From the IMG/VR virus record IMGVR_UViG_3300009514_000005, positions 70,620-134,619 of that record: a stretch of DNA of 64,000 nucleotides. The stretch is one strand, 5' to 3'. Below the pieces are notes generated by a model, which was not told where the DNA came from, did no database searches, and saw only the letters and a list, made by a program, of their open reading frames with translations. Shown here piece by piece: positions 46,403 through 56,165 of this stretch. The number at the start of each line of letters is the position of its first letter. The stretch's first letter is position 1. This stretch comes from a virus. A program made the translations under genes and the position numbers.

Positions 46403-47530
46403 TTAAGATGCTGGGTAACCCCCACCGGCCCTGGCTTTTAGTTCTGCAATTCTTTTATCCGGTCGGCCCATATTTCCAATGATTGTATAAAGATGAATGG
46501 CTGAACCACCGGCTTCATAAATTCCCCTATGAAGCTTTGTTTCCGGCCCTTTGTGCATAAGGTCGTTCAGAGATCTAAATGATTCCTCAAGAACTTCGGT
46601 TGATATGCTACCAAGTCCTTCCGCGTTGGAAACAACAATACCGGCCCCGGTTTTTGCTTTAGAGATATCACACCCCTCAACCAAGAGACCTTTCTTCACA
46701 TTGTTACGAATTGAATTAGCTACGGCATTTGAATCCGAAACATCATCTATCTTGGTTCTTCCGAACACCATGATTCCTGCCTCGAGTACAGATTTATAAT
46801 CTTCTGGATCAAAAACCTGATGAGCTGTCTCGTCATCGATTGCAGCCAACTGATTAAATGAATCAAAAAGAGCCGCTGTATTTTTATTAGCCTTTCCGTA
46901 AGCATCAATAATGCTAGCTCCACCATACATTTTTGTTACCCTAGCGTTATCGACAATGACTAATGGAGAAAGAAGATCAGCTTCGGCCATGGCTAGTAAT
47001 TCCTCAAAAGCCTCTAAAGCATTATGCTGTACGGCTGAAGACTCATCATAGCTAGGAAGGGTAACCATTACCCCAACCCTTTTCTCTGGATTAGACACGA
47101 GATTAAGCCTCATGTATTCCTTGCATTCTTTCACCAGTGTTTCGATGGATCCAGATCCAGTTCCACCACCAGCGCCAATACAAATAATAATTTGCTCTAC
47201 ACCTTTTTTGAAAACCTTTTGAATTAATCCTCGAATATTATCAGCTTCCTTTTCAGCGCATACTTTGCCAACAGAAGGATTTTTTCCGGCACCACCTGGA
47301 GAGTCCATGATTAAACGATTCTCTTCGGGAACCTGTAGTCTTTTCATATCTTTTTCAGTGGTATTAATGATGGCCACTCGCTTGTAACCAAGATTATAAA
47401 AAGCATTGGCCAAATTTCCGCCACCACCACCTGACCCAAGGAAAGCCATCTTAACGGCAGTTTTTCTCTCCTCTTCAACTTCCTCAACTTCTATTTCCAT
47501 TGACTCTTCATCGATATCTATATCAATCAT
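46403..47530 (-). CDS. FtsZ/tubulin-family GTPase (phage PhuZ/TubZ-like)
   Basis: FLGSGGGGGNLA, AIINT, GGAGKNPSVG, tubulin signature GAGGGTGSG, VTLP, IVDN, T7-like FDPEDY; GGAGG before ATG 47530. Confidence 0.92.
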   Translation of the reverse strand: MIDIDIDEESMEIEVEEVEEERKTAVKMAFLGSGGGGGNLANAFYNLGYKRVAIINTTEKDMKRLQVPEENRLIMDSPGGAGKNPSVGKVCAEKEADNIRGLIQKVFKKGVEQIIICIGAGGGTGSGSIETLVKECKEYMRLNLVSNPEKRVGVMVTLPSYDESSAVQHNALEAFEELLAMAEADLLSPLVIVDNARVTKMYGGASIIDAYGKANKNTAALFDSFNQLAAIDDETAHQVFDPEDYKSVLEAGIMVFGRTKIDDVSDSNAVANSIRNNVKKGLLVEGCDISKAKTGAGIVVSNAEGLGSISTEVLEESFRSLNDLMHKGPETKLHRGIYEAGGSAIHLYTIIGNMGRPDKRIAELKARAGGGYPAS

Positions 47531-47637
47531 GGTTCCTCCATTTTTCCTGCCGGAATCACGCAACTCTTTGAATTCCCGTTGGCTCAAGATGTTATACGAA
47601 TACTTTAACACAATCACTTGCCTTTAGGCAGACCGCT

Positions 47638-49503
47638 ATGATAGCCCAACCAATAACACCGTTATTATTTGTTGAGAAAAATATGTCACAATCAGAGCTT
47701 TTCGTACACCAAAATAAAACAGAAATTACATTTCGGCCCTACCAAATTGAGGCCATTGAAAAAGTAATCGAAGAACACCAAGAAAATCAATGTAATCGAC
47801 AACTTATAGTTGTCGCAACAGCGGGTGGTAAAACTTTAATCTTCAGTAAAATAGCTGATTACTATCTAAAAAAAGGATCCAAGGTTTTAATCCTGGCCCA
47901 CCGTGAAGAGCTTTTAGACCAAGCAAAAGATAAAATGGAATGGGTAGTTGGTTATGATTACAAGATCGGAATCGAGAGAGCCGAGTTCGAAGCGTCCACT
48001 GATGACGACATCGTTCTAGCCTCAGTCCCAACAATCGGAAGAAGTGATTCAAAAAGAATCCTAAAATTCCCCAGGGATCATTTTGACATTGTAATTACCG
48101 ATGAGGCGCATCATGCATGTGCCGTGTCATACCAGAACATTTTGGACTACTTTGTTCAATATCCAAAAACTCTCTCCCTTGGTGTTACGGCCACTCCTTT
48201 TCGTTCTGATGAAGAAAGCCTCACAAAGGTTTACGACAAGGTAACCTTCCGAAGAGACATGCTTGATCTTATGAAAGACGGCTTTCTCACGCCAATCATA
48301 AGCCACAGGATTAGCTCTAAAACTGATTTGTCTCGAGTACGAACCACCGCTGGGGACTTCAACCTAAAAGACCTGGCCGCTGCCGTTAATAACGAGGAGA
48401 GGAATACTCTCATTATAGAGACATGGCGAAAAAGATTTCCAGACAAAAGAGCACTTATCTTCGCTACAGATCTTGATCACGTTAGACGCCTTGCGGAAGA
48501 GTTCCAATCAATTGGAGTTAAGGCTGCGGGCATTACGGGCGATATGAACAAGTCTGACCGAAGACAAATTATTCACGATTTTAAGCAAGGAAACCTGACG
48601 GTCCTTGTCAACTACGGGATTCTCACTGAAGGCTACGATGATCCCGGTTTAGAGCTAATCATCATGGCTCGACCAACTCAGTCTATGCTTTTGGCCACTC
48701 AAATTTTCGGTAGAGGTACCAGACTGTTTGAGGGAAAAGAAAACCTTCATGTAGTTGAAATTATAGATTTTCATTCAAGCAAAACCGCCACTGTTGCTAA
48801 AGTCTTTGGATTTAGACAAAGCTTTAATTGTGAAGATCATAACTTTTTAGAATGCGTTCAAACTGCTAACAGGCTCAAACAGGAAAAGGAATTTTTCAAT
48901 CCCTACAATTGTTTATCATGGAGAGATATGCTGGCCTGTTTTGAGCGATCCACTCCATCAAACCCTCTCGGGACCGAAATAACAAAACGAGAAACATCTC
49001 CAGGAGGAAAGGACAGGGTTCCTAGAGAGGATCTATTTTCTGAATTCAAGAAAGAAGATACAGCTTGGTACGATTCACGCTACAGATATTATCCTGGGCA
49101 ATACGGCGAGCTAAACTTCATCCACAGGGATAGCCAAAGACAATCAAGATTTTTGGTAAAATTAAAGCCAAATGAACTTGGAGGGTGGACATCTCAAATA
49201 CTAACAAAACCTATAAGTGCTCCAAGAAGACAGAAGGCAAGCCTGGTAACAGAAATATCTTCCCCGAACAAACACGGAACAGCTAAATTAATTGAAGAAT
49301 TCATTTTAAACAACTTTAACGATTGGGACTACTTATTGAGAATAAATGCGCCGTGGAAGAAAAAATCAATAGGGGTTCCTTGCACTGATAAACAATGGGC
49401 TTTGATAAATAAATATAAACTGACTAAACTTAAACAAGGAGAAGTAGATAAGGTTATGGCATCCGACCTAATTGGGATGTATATGAACAGAAGAAAAAAA
49501 TGA
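47638..49503 (+). CDS. SF2 DEAD/DEAH-box helicase (RadD/IRC3-like)
   Basis: FRPYQ, ATAGGKT, LAHREELLDQ, DEAHH, GVTATPFRSD, LTEGYD, ARPTQS, QIFGRGTR; the start may be ATG 47683. Confidence 0.93.
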   Translation: MIAQPITPLLFVEKNMSQSELFVHQNKTEITFRPYQIEAIEKVIEEHQENQCNRQLIVVATAGGKTLIFSKIADYYLKKGSKVLILAHREELLDQAKDKMEWVVGYDYKIGIERAEFEASTDDDIVLASVPTIGRSDSKRILKFPRDHFDIVITDEAHHACAVSYQNILDYFVQYPKTLSLGVTATPFRSDEESLTKVYDKVTFRRDMLDLMKDGFLTPIISHRISSKTDLSRVRTTAGDFNLKDLAAAVNNEERNTLIIETWRKRFPDKRALIFATDLDHVRRLAEEFQSIGVKAAGITGDMNKSDRRQIIHDFKQGNLTVLVNYGILTEGYDDPGLELIIMARPTQSMLLATQIFGRGTRLFEGKENLHVVEIIDFHSSKTATVAKVFGFRQSFNCEDHNFLECVQTANRLKQEKEFFNPYNCLSWRDMLACFERSTPSNPLGTEITKRETSPGGKDRVPREDLFSEFKKEDTAWYDSRYRYYPGQYGELNFIHRDSQRQSRFLVKLKPNELGGWTSQILTKPISAPRRQKASLVTEISSPNKHGTAKLIEEFILNNFNDWDYLLRINAPWKKKSIGVPCTDKQWALINKYKLTKLKQGEVDKVMASDLIGMYMNRRKK

Positions 49504-49733
49504 GCTACAACTATTATCCTGACCCATGGGTCAGATGTCTCGGAGTAAGTTGCGATAATCCAGATCTAAGCGACCTGATTGATCCTCCAGACAACATAAC
49601 AAAAGCCTACTGCACTTCCATTAGATGTGTAAAATCAAGACACAAGGGAAGAACATTAAAGCACGTAGAACCAGACGCTACCGACTGTCCTCACTGTGGA
49701 CACGCTCTTCTTTGGACTCATGATGATGATTAA
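49500..49733 (+). CDS. Small Cys-rich (zinc-binding) protein
   Basis: C..C, C...RC, CPHCG; coupled to the helicase stop. Confidence 0.5.
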   Translation: MSYNYYPDPWVRCLGVSCDNPDLSDLIDPPDNITKAYCTSIRCVKSRHKGRTLKHVEPDATDCPHCGHALLWTHDDD

Positions 49734-49878
49734 GACTTATTAGTGAATCTCCGAATAAATCATCTTCGAAAGTTCGATAACTAAAACCGCAGTCCCTACA
49801 AGTAAGCTCCAATATATAGCTGACATTACGCACAGGCTCTCTGACATTGTATTCTCCAAAACATTTTTTACACGGCAT
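49678..49878 (-). CDS. Zinc-ribbon protein resembling the NrdR N-terminal domain
   Basis: MPCKKC...CRDCGFSYRTFE; GAGGAG before ATG 49878; no ATP-cone follows. Confidence 0.45.
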   Translation of the reverse strand: MPCKKCFGEYNVREPVRNVSYILELTCRDCGFSYRTFEDDLFGDSLISLNHHHESKEERVHSEDSR

Positions 49879-49967
49879 TTTACTCCTCAACAAAAAGCCT
49901 AAACTAATTTCTGGGTATCACAAACTTTTTTCTTGTACGAGTCCCCCTGTGTTGATAGCATCTGGCC

Positions 49968-50750
49968 ATGGCTTACCACGAAATAAAGCATCAGAACTGC
50001 ATAGAAGGACTGAAAGAGCTAGGTAACGAAGAGGTATCACTCTTATTTACATCGCCTCCATATCGTAAGAAGGAGGGTTTTAGCACTGAGCTGATCTCAG
50101 AGGTAGCCAGGCAAACCGCCAGGATCTTAAAACCAGGAGGTATCGCAGCAATCAACTTTGATCAAATGGCTGAAGACCCAATCAGGCCAGCCAAAGTAGC
50201 AGTAATGTTTGATCAATATTTAGATACAGGCCCAACCATCGCATGGATAAAATCAATTTATATTGAATCGGTAAAATGCCCCGACCCTGAATGCAAACAT
50301 CACACTGAAACCTTCTCTATCAACAAAGGACAATACACCCCGATCAACGGAGACAACTGGGTCACAAAAAAATGGGAACCCATCATGCTGTTCAGTAAGG
50401 GCAGAAGAAATTTTGACCGACTATCGATAGGAATTCCTTACGCAGACAAATCAAACATTGGTCGATTTAATCACGAAGGGGTTGACCGACAATGCCGGGG
50501 AACCACTTGGATGAGAACCTATCAACCACGCACTGGAGCGAAGCTACATCCGGAATCCATGCCAGTGGAAATCCCAATGGACATAATAAAGCTTGCAGGG
50601 ATTAAATCAGGAGACCTTATGGTGGATCCATTTTTAGGATCAGGAACTACACTGGAAGGGTTGCTGAACGTAAATCCAAAGATCAATTTCATGGGTTATG
50701 AAATCAATCCTGATTATGTAAAAATATCCGAGAGACTTCTGTCCAATTGA
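49968..50750 (+). CDS. DNA amino-methyltransferase (beta class; SPPY suggests m4C)
   Basis: Motif IV FTSPPY N-terminal; HPESMP; motif I DPFLGSGTT C-terminal. Confidence 0.9.
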   Translation: MAYHEIKHQNCIEGLKELGNEEVSLLFTSPPYRKKEGFSTELISEVARQTARILKPGGIAAINFDQMAEDPIRPAKVAVMFDQYLDTGPTIAWIKSIYIESVKCPDPECKHHTETFSINKGQYTPINGDNWVTKKWEPIMLFSKGRRNFDRLSIGIPYADKSNIGRFNHEGVDRQCRGTTWMRTYQPRTGAKLHPESMPVEIPMDIIKLAGIKSGDLMVDPFLGSGTTLEGLLNVNPKINFMGYEINPDYVKISERLLSN

Positions 50751-50755
50751 TTGGA

Positions 50756-51082
50756 CTACTCTTTGAACTTTACCGGCTCATCATCATGCTGAGACTTAAG
50801 AGAACATTTTCCATTTCGAACAGGAAAATACCAGAAGTTACCAATGTCTGGATCTTCAACAAAAAACCTCTCTTCGCCTATCATTAGGTTTTTAAACTCT
50901 CTTACCGATATTCTATTTTTATTTAAATCAACATTATCGACAACATGGAAATCAGATGCGTGTTGAAGAGGAATCACTAAAACATGATCGGCTGGACATT
51001 CCGACAAAAGCTTTTCAACATGATCAAGAGAGAATCCTCTACAGGCCAACCAACACCTCTTTTGATAATCCCCATCGCTCAA
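50756..51082 (-). CDS. Hypothetical protein
   Basis: 108-aa ORF overlapping the kinase end. Confidence 0.5.
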   Translation of the reverse strand: MSDGDYQKRCWLACRGFSLDHVEKLLSECPADHVLVIPLQHASDFHVVDNVDLNKNRISVREFKNLMIGEERFFVEDPDIGNFWYFPVRNGKCSLKSQHDDEPVKFKE

Positions 51083-51659
51083 TGCATTCCTTTAAAATGA
51101 GCATCGTATTTGCTTTTTTGGGGCTTTTAAAAGTATCCAAATACATGTCAAATTTTCCTTCGGAGGCATACTTATCCAAGCCTGTTTCGGTAAAATGATA
51201 GAGGTCTCTAGATGGATCTTCACACCGCTCCACCCTGACATCTTCCGGGCATTCGAGCCTTATCTTTAAAGCATCTGGAAAAGCATTGAACTCGTTCTCG
51301 GTTCTGGCATCATCAACAATAAATATAACAGAACTAATCACTATAAGAGGATGCTCCATTGCTTCTTTAGAGAGCTGATCCACCTTGTTGTGCATAAGTT
51401 TAATTAAAGCTTCCTGGTCAATTGTATTTCTAATCCAATCGCCTAGATGCTGAAGGAGAACACCATCTTTAGGAATGTTTCTTACGACTCCGTAACTAGC
51501 AAGAACCTGTAAAACTTTATCGTGCATATCGTAAAGAGGCTTGGCGTAAAGAAGGTGGTGAACTGTTAGGCCGTAATTTTCCAGGATACGTTTAAGCTCT
51601 TTTGTTTGAGATGTTTTGCCGCTTCCGATCTTTCCAGATAATAAAATAATGTTACTCAT
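51039..51659 (-). CDS. Deoxynucleoside monophosphate kinase-like P-loop protein
   Basis: LLSGKIGSGKT, YAKPLYD, LLQHLG, IVDDARTENE, HFTETGLD. Confidence 0.8.
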   Translation of the reverse strand: MSNIILLSGKIGSGKTSQTKELKRILENYGLTVHHLLYAKPLYDMHDKVLQVLASYGVVRNIPKDGVLLQHLGDWIRNTIDQEALIKLMHNKVDQLSKEAMEHPLIVISSVIFIVDDARTENEFNAFPDALKIRLECPEDVRVERCEDPSRDLYHFTETGLDKYASEGKFDMYLDTFKSPKKANTMLILKECIERWGLSKEVLVGL

Positions 51660-51903
51660 AAATTCTCCTGGGTTTTATCCTTAATCTTTTCCAGCATTGC
51701 TTAGCACGATAATGAGACTCTATATAATAATCTTCTCCATCTTGTGAAGGATGCATCCCGCCTTTATAAACCAACATATAAACAGGAGCCCAAATCATAA
51801 TAACCACAGCCAAGCATAATATTGCAAACCCAAGAAATCCAAGACAAAACCAATTGGCCTCTTGAATCATTTCTTTCTGCGTCATGTTTAGTTCAATTTT
51901 CAT
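51652..51903 (-). CDS. Small membrane protein
   Basis: One long hydrophobic segment (WFCLGFLGFAILCLAVVIMIWAPV). Confidence 0.5.
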   Translation of the reverse strand: MKIELNMTQKEMIQEANWFCLGFLGFAILCLAVVIMIWAPVYMLVYKGGMHPSQDGEDYYIESHYRAKQCWKRLRIKPRRIYE

Positions 51904-51935
51904 CTTTACATTTTGTCTACCAGATAATTACATGA

Positions 51936-52262
51936 ATGCAAATCACGGGGGGTCAAATGGCATCACAAGTTTCAGTGCTGGAATTACACCACTGGGTAGA
52001 GAAAAATAAACTCAGAACATGGCACCACACATCATGGGGCAAAAAAGGCCATACCCTTGACGTTAAATACCTAGACTTCTGCTTAGACACGAGGACCATG
52101 ACTATATTTAGAGTGCAGTCCCGTGGCATGGGCGACCGTAAAGTTGAGGCCGATTTTAGAGAAGATTTTGACGGAAGCATTCTGGATCTTTTGATTCACA
52201 AAATTGAATCTAAGCAGACTTCCTCATCTTCACAAGCTCAAGATAAAGCTGATAAGGACTAG
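51936..52262 (+). CDS. Hypothetical protein
   Basis: 108-aa ORF; VKYLDFCLDTRTM. Confidence 0.45.
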   Translation: MQITGGQMASQVSVLELHHWVEKNKLRTWHHTSWGKKGHTLDVKYLDFCLDTRTMTIFRVQSRGMGDRKVEADFREDFDGSILDLLIHKIESKQTSSSSQAQDKADKD

Positions 52263-52695
52263 TCATACCATAATCCCTAACACTTCTTTTCACTAGCCAG
52301 TCAGGAAGAATATCGATTACCTCAGTGCAAAGAAACTCTTTAGAACTTCCCCATTTATTTGTAGGAGGAAACGGAACCTTGAAAAACTTCTTCAGTATTC
52401 CCCTCCAAATAAAATAAGCAAAGGCCCCAAAATCATATGAGTTTTGATCAAAGTGATCTATCAGAGAAGTCCAAACCTCTTCTTCTTTCTCGAGAGGTAA
52501 ATCATAATCAAGATCGAAAAGAATATCGCTTTTCTTTTTAAAAGTATTTAACCAAGCAAGCTCCACACCAAAAAGACTACTGTGGATTACGAACTTATCA
52601 TCAAACACAAAAGCTGTATGACTTACAGGCTCACCAAGTCCCCATGAAATAAATCTAGATATTGGATGTTTACTGATTGTGAATACTATTTTCAT
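52210..52695 (-). CDS. Permuted papain-like (NlpC/P60, YiiX-type) amidase/peptidase
   Basis: N-terminal SHTAF (His), YDFG, C-terminal FLCTEVI (Cys), then TSPYQL. Confidence 0.7.
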   Translation of the reverse strand: MKIVFTISKHPISRFISWGLGEPVSHTAFVFDDKFVIHSSLFGVELAWLNTFKKKSDILFDLDYDLPLEKEEEVWTSLIDHFDQNSYDFGAFAYFIWRGILKKFFKVPFPPTNKWGSSKEFLCTEVIDILPDWLVKRSVRDYGMTSPYQLYLELVKMRKSA

Positions 52696-54482
52696 GACGT
52701 TTTGTTGTTACTGGATGCCGTATCAGTTCCATTGTCAACAAAGTTAGTTCCAGTATTCCCCTTAAAATTGTTTCCGGTAACAATAGTATCATTCGCACTG
52801 GAAATAATTTCAAGACCATTCCCTCCGTTTCCATAAATTCTATTGGAATTAATTATATTATCATCAGCGGCACAATTTATACCGTCTCCAGAATTATCAT
52901 GAATAATATTATTAGAGCTTACGCAATCATCATCTCCACTGCTTAAAGAAATGCCGTCTCCACCATTATCACTTATATTATTTCCAGAGATCACTCCGTT
53001 GATGCCAGCCTGAATTCCATGGCTTCCGTTGCCTGTTATCAAACAATCATTAATCGCATTCTTGGTTCCATCAAAATCTAATCCAACTCCAGCATTGTCT
53101 GAAATAGTACAAGAATCAATGATCGCTTTCCCTGTTCCAGCCTCATCGTCAAGGCCCTTGTCTTCATTCAAGGAAAGAATACAATCGGTTACATTCACTT
53201 GCTCGGCACCATCTTCAAGAGAAATACCATGCTGGCCATTTGCTATGGCAGCACAACTATCAATAAAAACAGATTTTCCACCTTGAACCCTATACCCTTT
53301 GTGCAAATTATTTTTAGACATGCAAGATTCAAATGAAATTAAATAAGAATTCAAAATTCTAAAACCAGAACTATTATTATTTTCCGTTAGGCAAGCCACC
53401 AGGTGACATTCACCACAATCCTCAAGACCAAACCCATCATCACCTGGAGCTGTGTTTCCACAATCATCCACTAAGCAATGCCTTAAAAGACCATGCATTA
53501 CACCTCTCAACCAAATCCCAAAAGCTCCAGATCCAGTAACAATAATATTTTGTATCAATATTCCTGTATACATGGCTTGGGCAACATAGGCTTCCCCGGA
53601 TAGAGCTGATCCCATATATGGGTTTTTTAAGATCAAAGTTGTATCGTTTGTAATGCTTTGGATCTCATGGAAAGAACACCCAAGAAGAATAAAATCTCCT
53701 GGTGATAAATTTGTAAAGGTGGTCCCAGATCCGGTTACCGTAGACGAATTATGGCTAACGCTTATCGTTCCTGCTGTTTCCTTGGTTCCTCCGCTCGCGT
53801 CTGATTTAACAGACTGAGAGCCTGAAAAAGCAATAATTACCCCTCCAGCAGACTCTCCTATCAAGTGTCCGTCATCTGGAATATTAACTCCAGAAACCTC
53901 TGCATAAGTTCCATTCCTAACAAACACAGATTTGTTTCCATCATTAAACGCTTCCGCTACAGAAAGGTAATCACCGCATCCAGAAACAGTTGAAACAATA
54001 GCGTCATATTTTCTAGGAACTTTAACCGTAGCCTTTGCCCCTGTCTCGTCAGAAACTATTACACGGCCTTCAAAATTAAGAATAGATTTTTCCGTTCCTA
54101 TGGTTTGATCATCTTCTTGAACTTCAATATCTGATGTTGATCCAGTCTTAATCCATTTTGAATCATCAAAAATAAAACTTACGGATTTTCCAGAATCAAG
54201 AATCACCTCATTCATCAAAGAAGTATTCGCAGTTTGAATCTTGGCTGAAAAAGGAGAACTAGATTCTACAGTTATTATAAGATTCTGACCCTTCTTGCTG
54301 TTTCCAGACACAGGAAGAGTAATGTTCCTATCGGCACCAGAGATAGTAAACCGAATATAGGAACCAATGGTTTCATCAAGGGTGATGTTTCCGGAAACAG
54401 ATGTAACCCCAGCATCCCAGACGGTCTGGCGATTAACCTGCAAATCTCTCTGAATTAACTGATCACCCTGTACTTCGCTCAT
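52692..54482 (-). CDS. Right-handed beta-helix virion protein (tailspike/fibre-like)
   Basis: YLSVAEAF..G.KSVFVRNGTY, then many ISxNxIxxNxGxGI-type repeats. Confidence 0.8.
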   Translation of the reverse strand: MSEVQGDQLIQRDLQVNRQTVWDAGVTSVSGNITLDETIGSYIRFTISGADRNITLPVSGNSKKGQNLIITVESSSPFSAKIQTANTSLMNEVILDSGKSVSFIFDDSKWIKTGSTSDIEVQEDDQTIGTEKSILNFEGRVIVSDETGAKATVKVPRKYDAIVSTVSGCGDYLSVAEAFNDGNKSVFVRNGTYAEVSGVNIPDDGHLIGESAGGVIIAFSGSQSVKSDASGGTKETAGTISVSHNSSTVTGSGTTFTNLSPGDFILLGCSFHEIQSITNDTTLILKNPYMGSALSGEAYVAQAMYTGILIQNIIVTGSGAFGIWLRGVMHGLLRHCLVDDCGNTAPGDDGFGLEDCGECHLVACLTENNNSSGFRILNSYLISFESCMSKNNLHKGYRVQGGKSVFIDSCAAIANGQHGISLEDGAEQVNVTDCILSLNEDKGLDDEAGTGKAIIDSCTISDNAGVGLDFDGTKNAINDCLITGNGSHGIQAGINGVISGNNISDNGGDGISLSSGDDDCVSSNNIIHDNSGDGINCAADDNIINSNRIYGNGGNGLEIISSANDTIVTGNNFKGNTGTNFVDNGTDTASSNNKTS

Positions 54483-54792
54483 TCACTTTCTTCCCAAGGT
54501 CTTTACCCTCTTCAGACAAAACCTCGAGGTCTTTAAGCGAAAACACCTGATTCCAAGTTTGACCATCAAGATTTTGAATGAAGCAGCAATTTATTTTTGC
54601 TTGATAAACCTTCTTTAGTTTTAGCTTTTTTAAGTTAATCACATTCTGCTCTAAGATAGCATGGCGAATATCATCAATGCTTCTGGTATCAGCATTAGCT
54701 TTATAGGGACTATTCCATCCAATCACATCGATATCTTTCTTTCCCCACTTGACCTGAAATAAAGCCAAGTAAGGAAAGCTGAAATGATCCAT
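54463..54792 (-). CDS. Hypothetical protein
   Basis: 109-aa ORF in the cluster. Confidence 0.5.
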   Translation of the reverse strand: MDHFSFPYLALFQVKWGKKDIDVIGWNSPYKANADTRSIDDIRHAILEQNVINLKKLKLKKVYQAKINCCFIQNLDGQTWNQVFSLKDLEVLSEEGKDLGKKVNERSTG

Positions 54793-54804
54793 AAATTACC
54801 CCGG

Positions 54805-55443
54805 TTAAACAACTACAATCTTGCCAGCAAAGCGGAGATCAGGAACTTCCGGAGCCCTAAATGTTATATCTTCATTAGCAAGAGATTTGACTCTGTCGAC
54901 AATAACCTTCTGATAATCTGACCCGGATAATTTAAACAATTGAATGATCGGATTTGGGCCCCTAGTATGAGTGGCCTTGGCAATGGTCTGAGTATAATAT
55001 CCACCTGATGGAGCACCCCAAGAACCGGCGGCATTAAATGTCGCGGCAAATCTAGTCGCCACAACACCATCCGATTCCTCGAGATAGTTCACATGCCATG
55101 TTCCAGCCTCAGTCCCCTGCTTACGCAAAGTAAAAGCGTAGGCACGACCAATAGCGACCGTCTTCAATAAAACCGGAGTGGTGGAATCAAAAGTTTTTAC
55201 ATCCAAAGAATCCACGGAACCAATGTTGTCGACAACAACCTGCCAACCTTCTGCCAGGCTGGTCGCATCCGGGAGAACAACATCCTGAACGCCATTGCCA
55301 TCGGTTTCCATCCTGTTCCACCAAAACGAATGCTCATCTAAACTTTGAGTAGAAGAAATCCCTGAAACAGAAGTAGACCCTTGATTAGCCCTTCTGGAAA
55401 AATTACCTGTTCTTAGTACGTTTAAATCTCCTTGTACATCCAT
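54805..55443 (-). CDS. Putative fibre/appendage structural protein
   Basis: N-terminus resembles 52692..54482; C-terminus resembles 55461..56006. Confidence 0.6.
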   Translation of the reverse strand: MDVQGDLNVLRTGNFSRRANQGSTSVSGISSTQSLDEHSFWWNRMETDGNGVQDVVLPDATSLAEGWQVVVDNIGSVDSLDVKTFDSTTPVLLKTVAIGRAYAFTLRKQGTEAGTWHVNYLEESDGVVATRFAATFNAAGSWGAPSGGYYTQTIAKATHTRGPNPIIQLFKLSGSDYQKVIVDRVKSLANEDITFRAPEVPDLRFAGKIVVV

Positions 55444-55460
55444 GATTCTCTCCTCCGTGA

Positions 55461-56006
55461 TTATTCAATCTTTATAATATTTGCATTTCCCGTAAATCGT
55501 CCGTCTGGGCTTTGAGTTGTAAAGATCCTAAGAGTATTATCATCTATTACTTTCTCTTTTTCGACAAAGATCTTTTGCGGCCCCCCAAAAACATCTCTAA
55601 AAACTTCAATCTGAGTTTCATCTGCATCCAAATTATGTACTAGATCCAACTTATAAAGGCCACCAACATCAGCCACCCAGTCCCCAATCACAAAAGGAAT
55701 CGACTTGGCTATTGCGGGCAAAACCGATGCTCCAGTGTTTAACAACTCGCACAATAACCGATCAGAAAATACATCCTCGTCACGAATAGTTATTAGTGTA
55801 CCGTCTTGCTGCATTAATATATTGATCTTATTCAGCTCAATTAGCTCCATAATGATGGTTGACTTAAATATGTTGAGAAGATTTCCCCCAACCGCAGACA
55901 AAATATCCTTCTCACCTTCTGCCGGAATAATGCAAGCTGGCACCAAGTCCCCAATATTCTGAGGCATTGCCGTGAGATTTCTAGCTTTAATGATAGTTAT
56001 CGCCAT
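55461..56006 (-). CDS. Putative appendage protein
   Basis: N-terminus resembles 56166..56462; C-terminus resembles 54805..55443. Confidence 0.6.
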   Translation of the reverse strand: MAITIIKARNLTAMPQNIGDLVPACIIPAEGEKDILSAVGGNLLNIFKSTIIMELIELNKINILMQQDGTLITIRDEDVFSDRLLCELLNTGASVLPAIAKSIPFVIGDWVADVGGLYKLDLVHNLDADETQIEVFRDVFGGPQKIFVEKEKVIDDNTLRIFTTQSPDGRFTGNANIIKIE

Positions 56007-56165
56007 CGGGTTTGATCCTTAGGTGTTTCTCTTAAGCTACTTACTACTATACAATAATAAAAGACTCTTTTCTCTTTCTACATCAGGATTTATAAAAACT
56101 GAATTAAAGTAAGAGTAGAAGGTTGGAAACAGATAAGATACCTTAGGTTTTTAGGAAGTTAAAGA

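Noticed and set aside
43244-47530. FtsZ-TerL fusion by stop read-through (same frame, single TAA)
   Set aside because: TAA read-through is generally inefficient, and a strong SD with ATT explains the arrangement more simply.
46403-47530. Claim that this is a nucleus-forming phage
   Set aside because: A tubulin alone is insufficient and no chimallin-like gene is recognisable in this window.
47638-50750. Type III restriction-modification system (helicase plus methyltransferase)
   Set aside because: The helicase shows no recognisable nuclease domain, the MTase is small, and other ORFs separate them.
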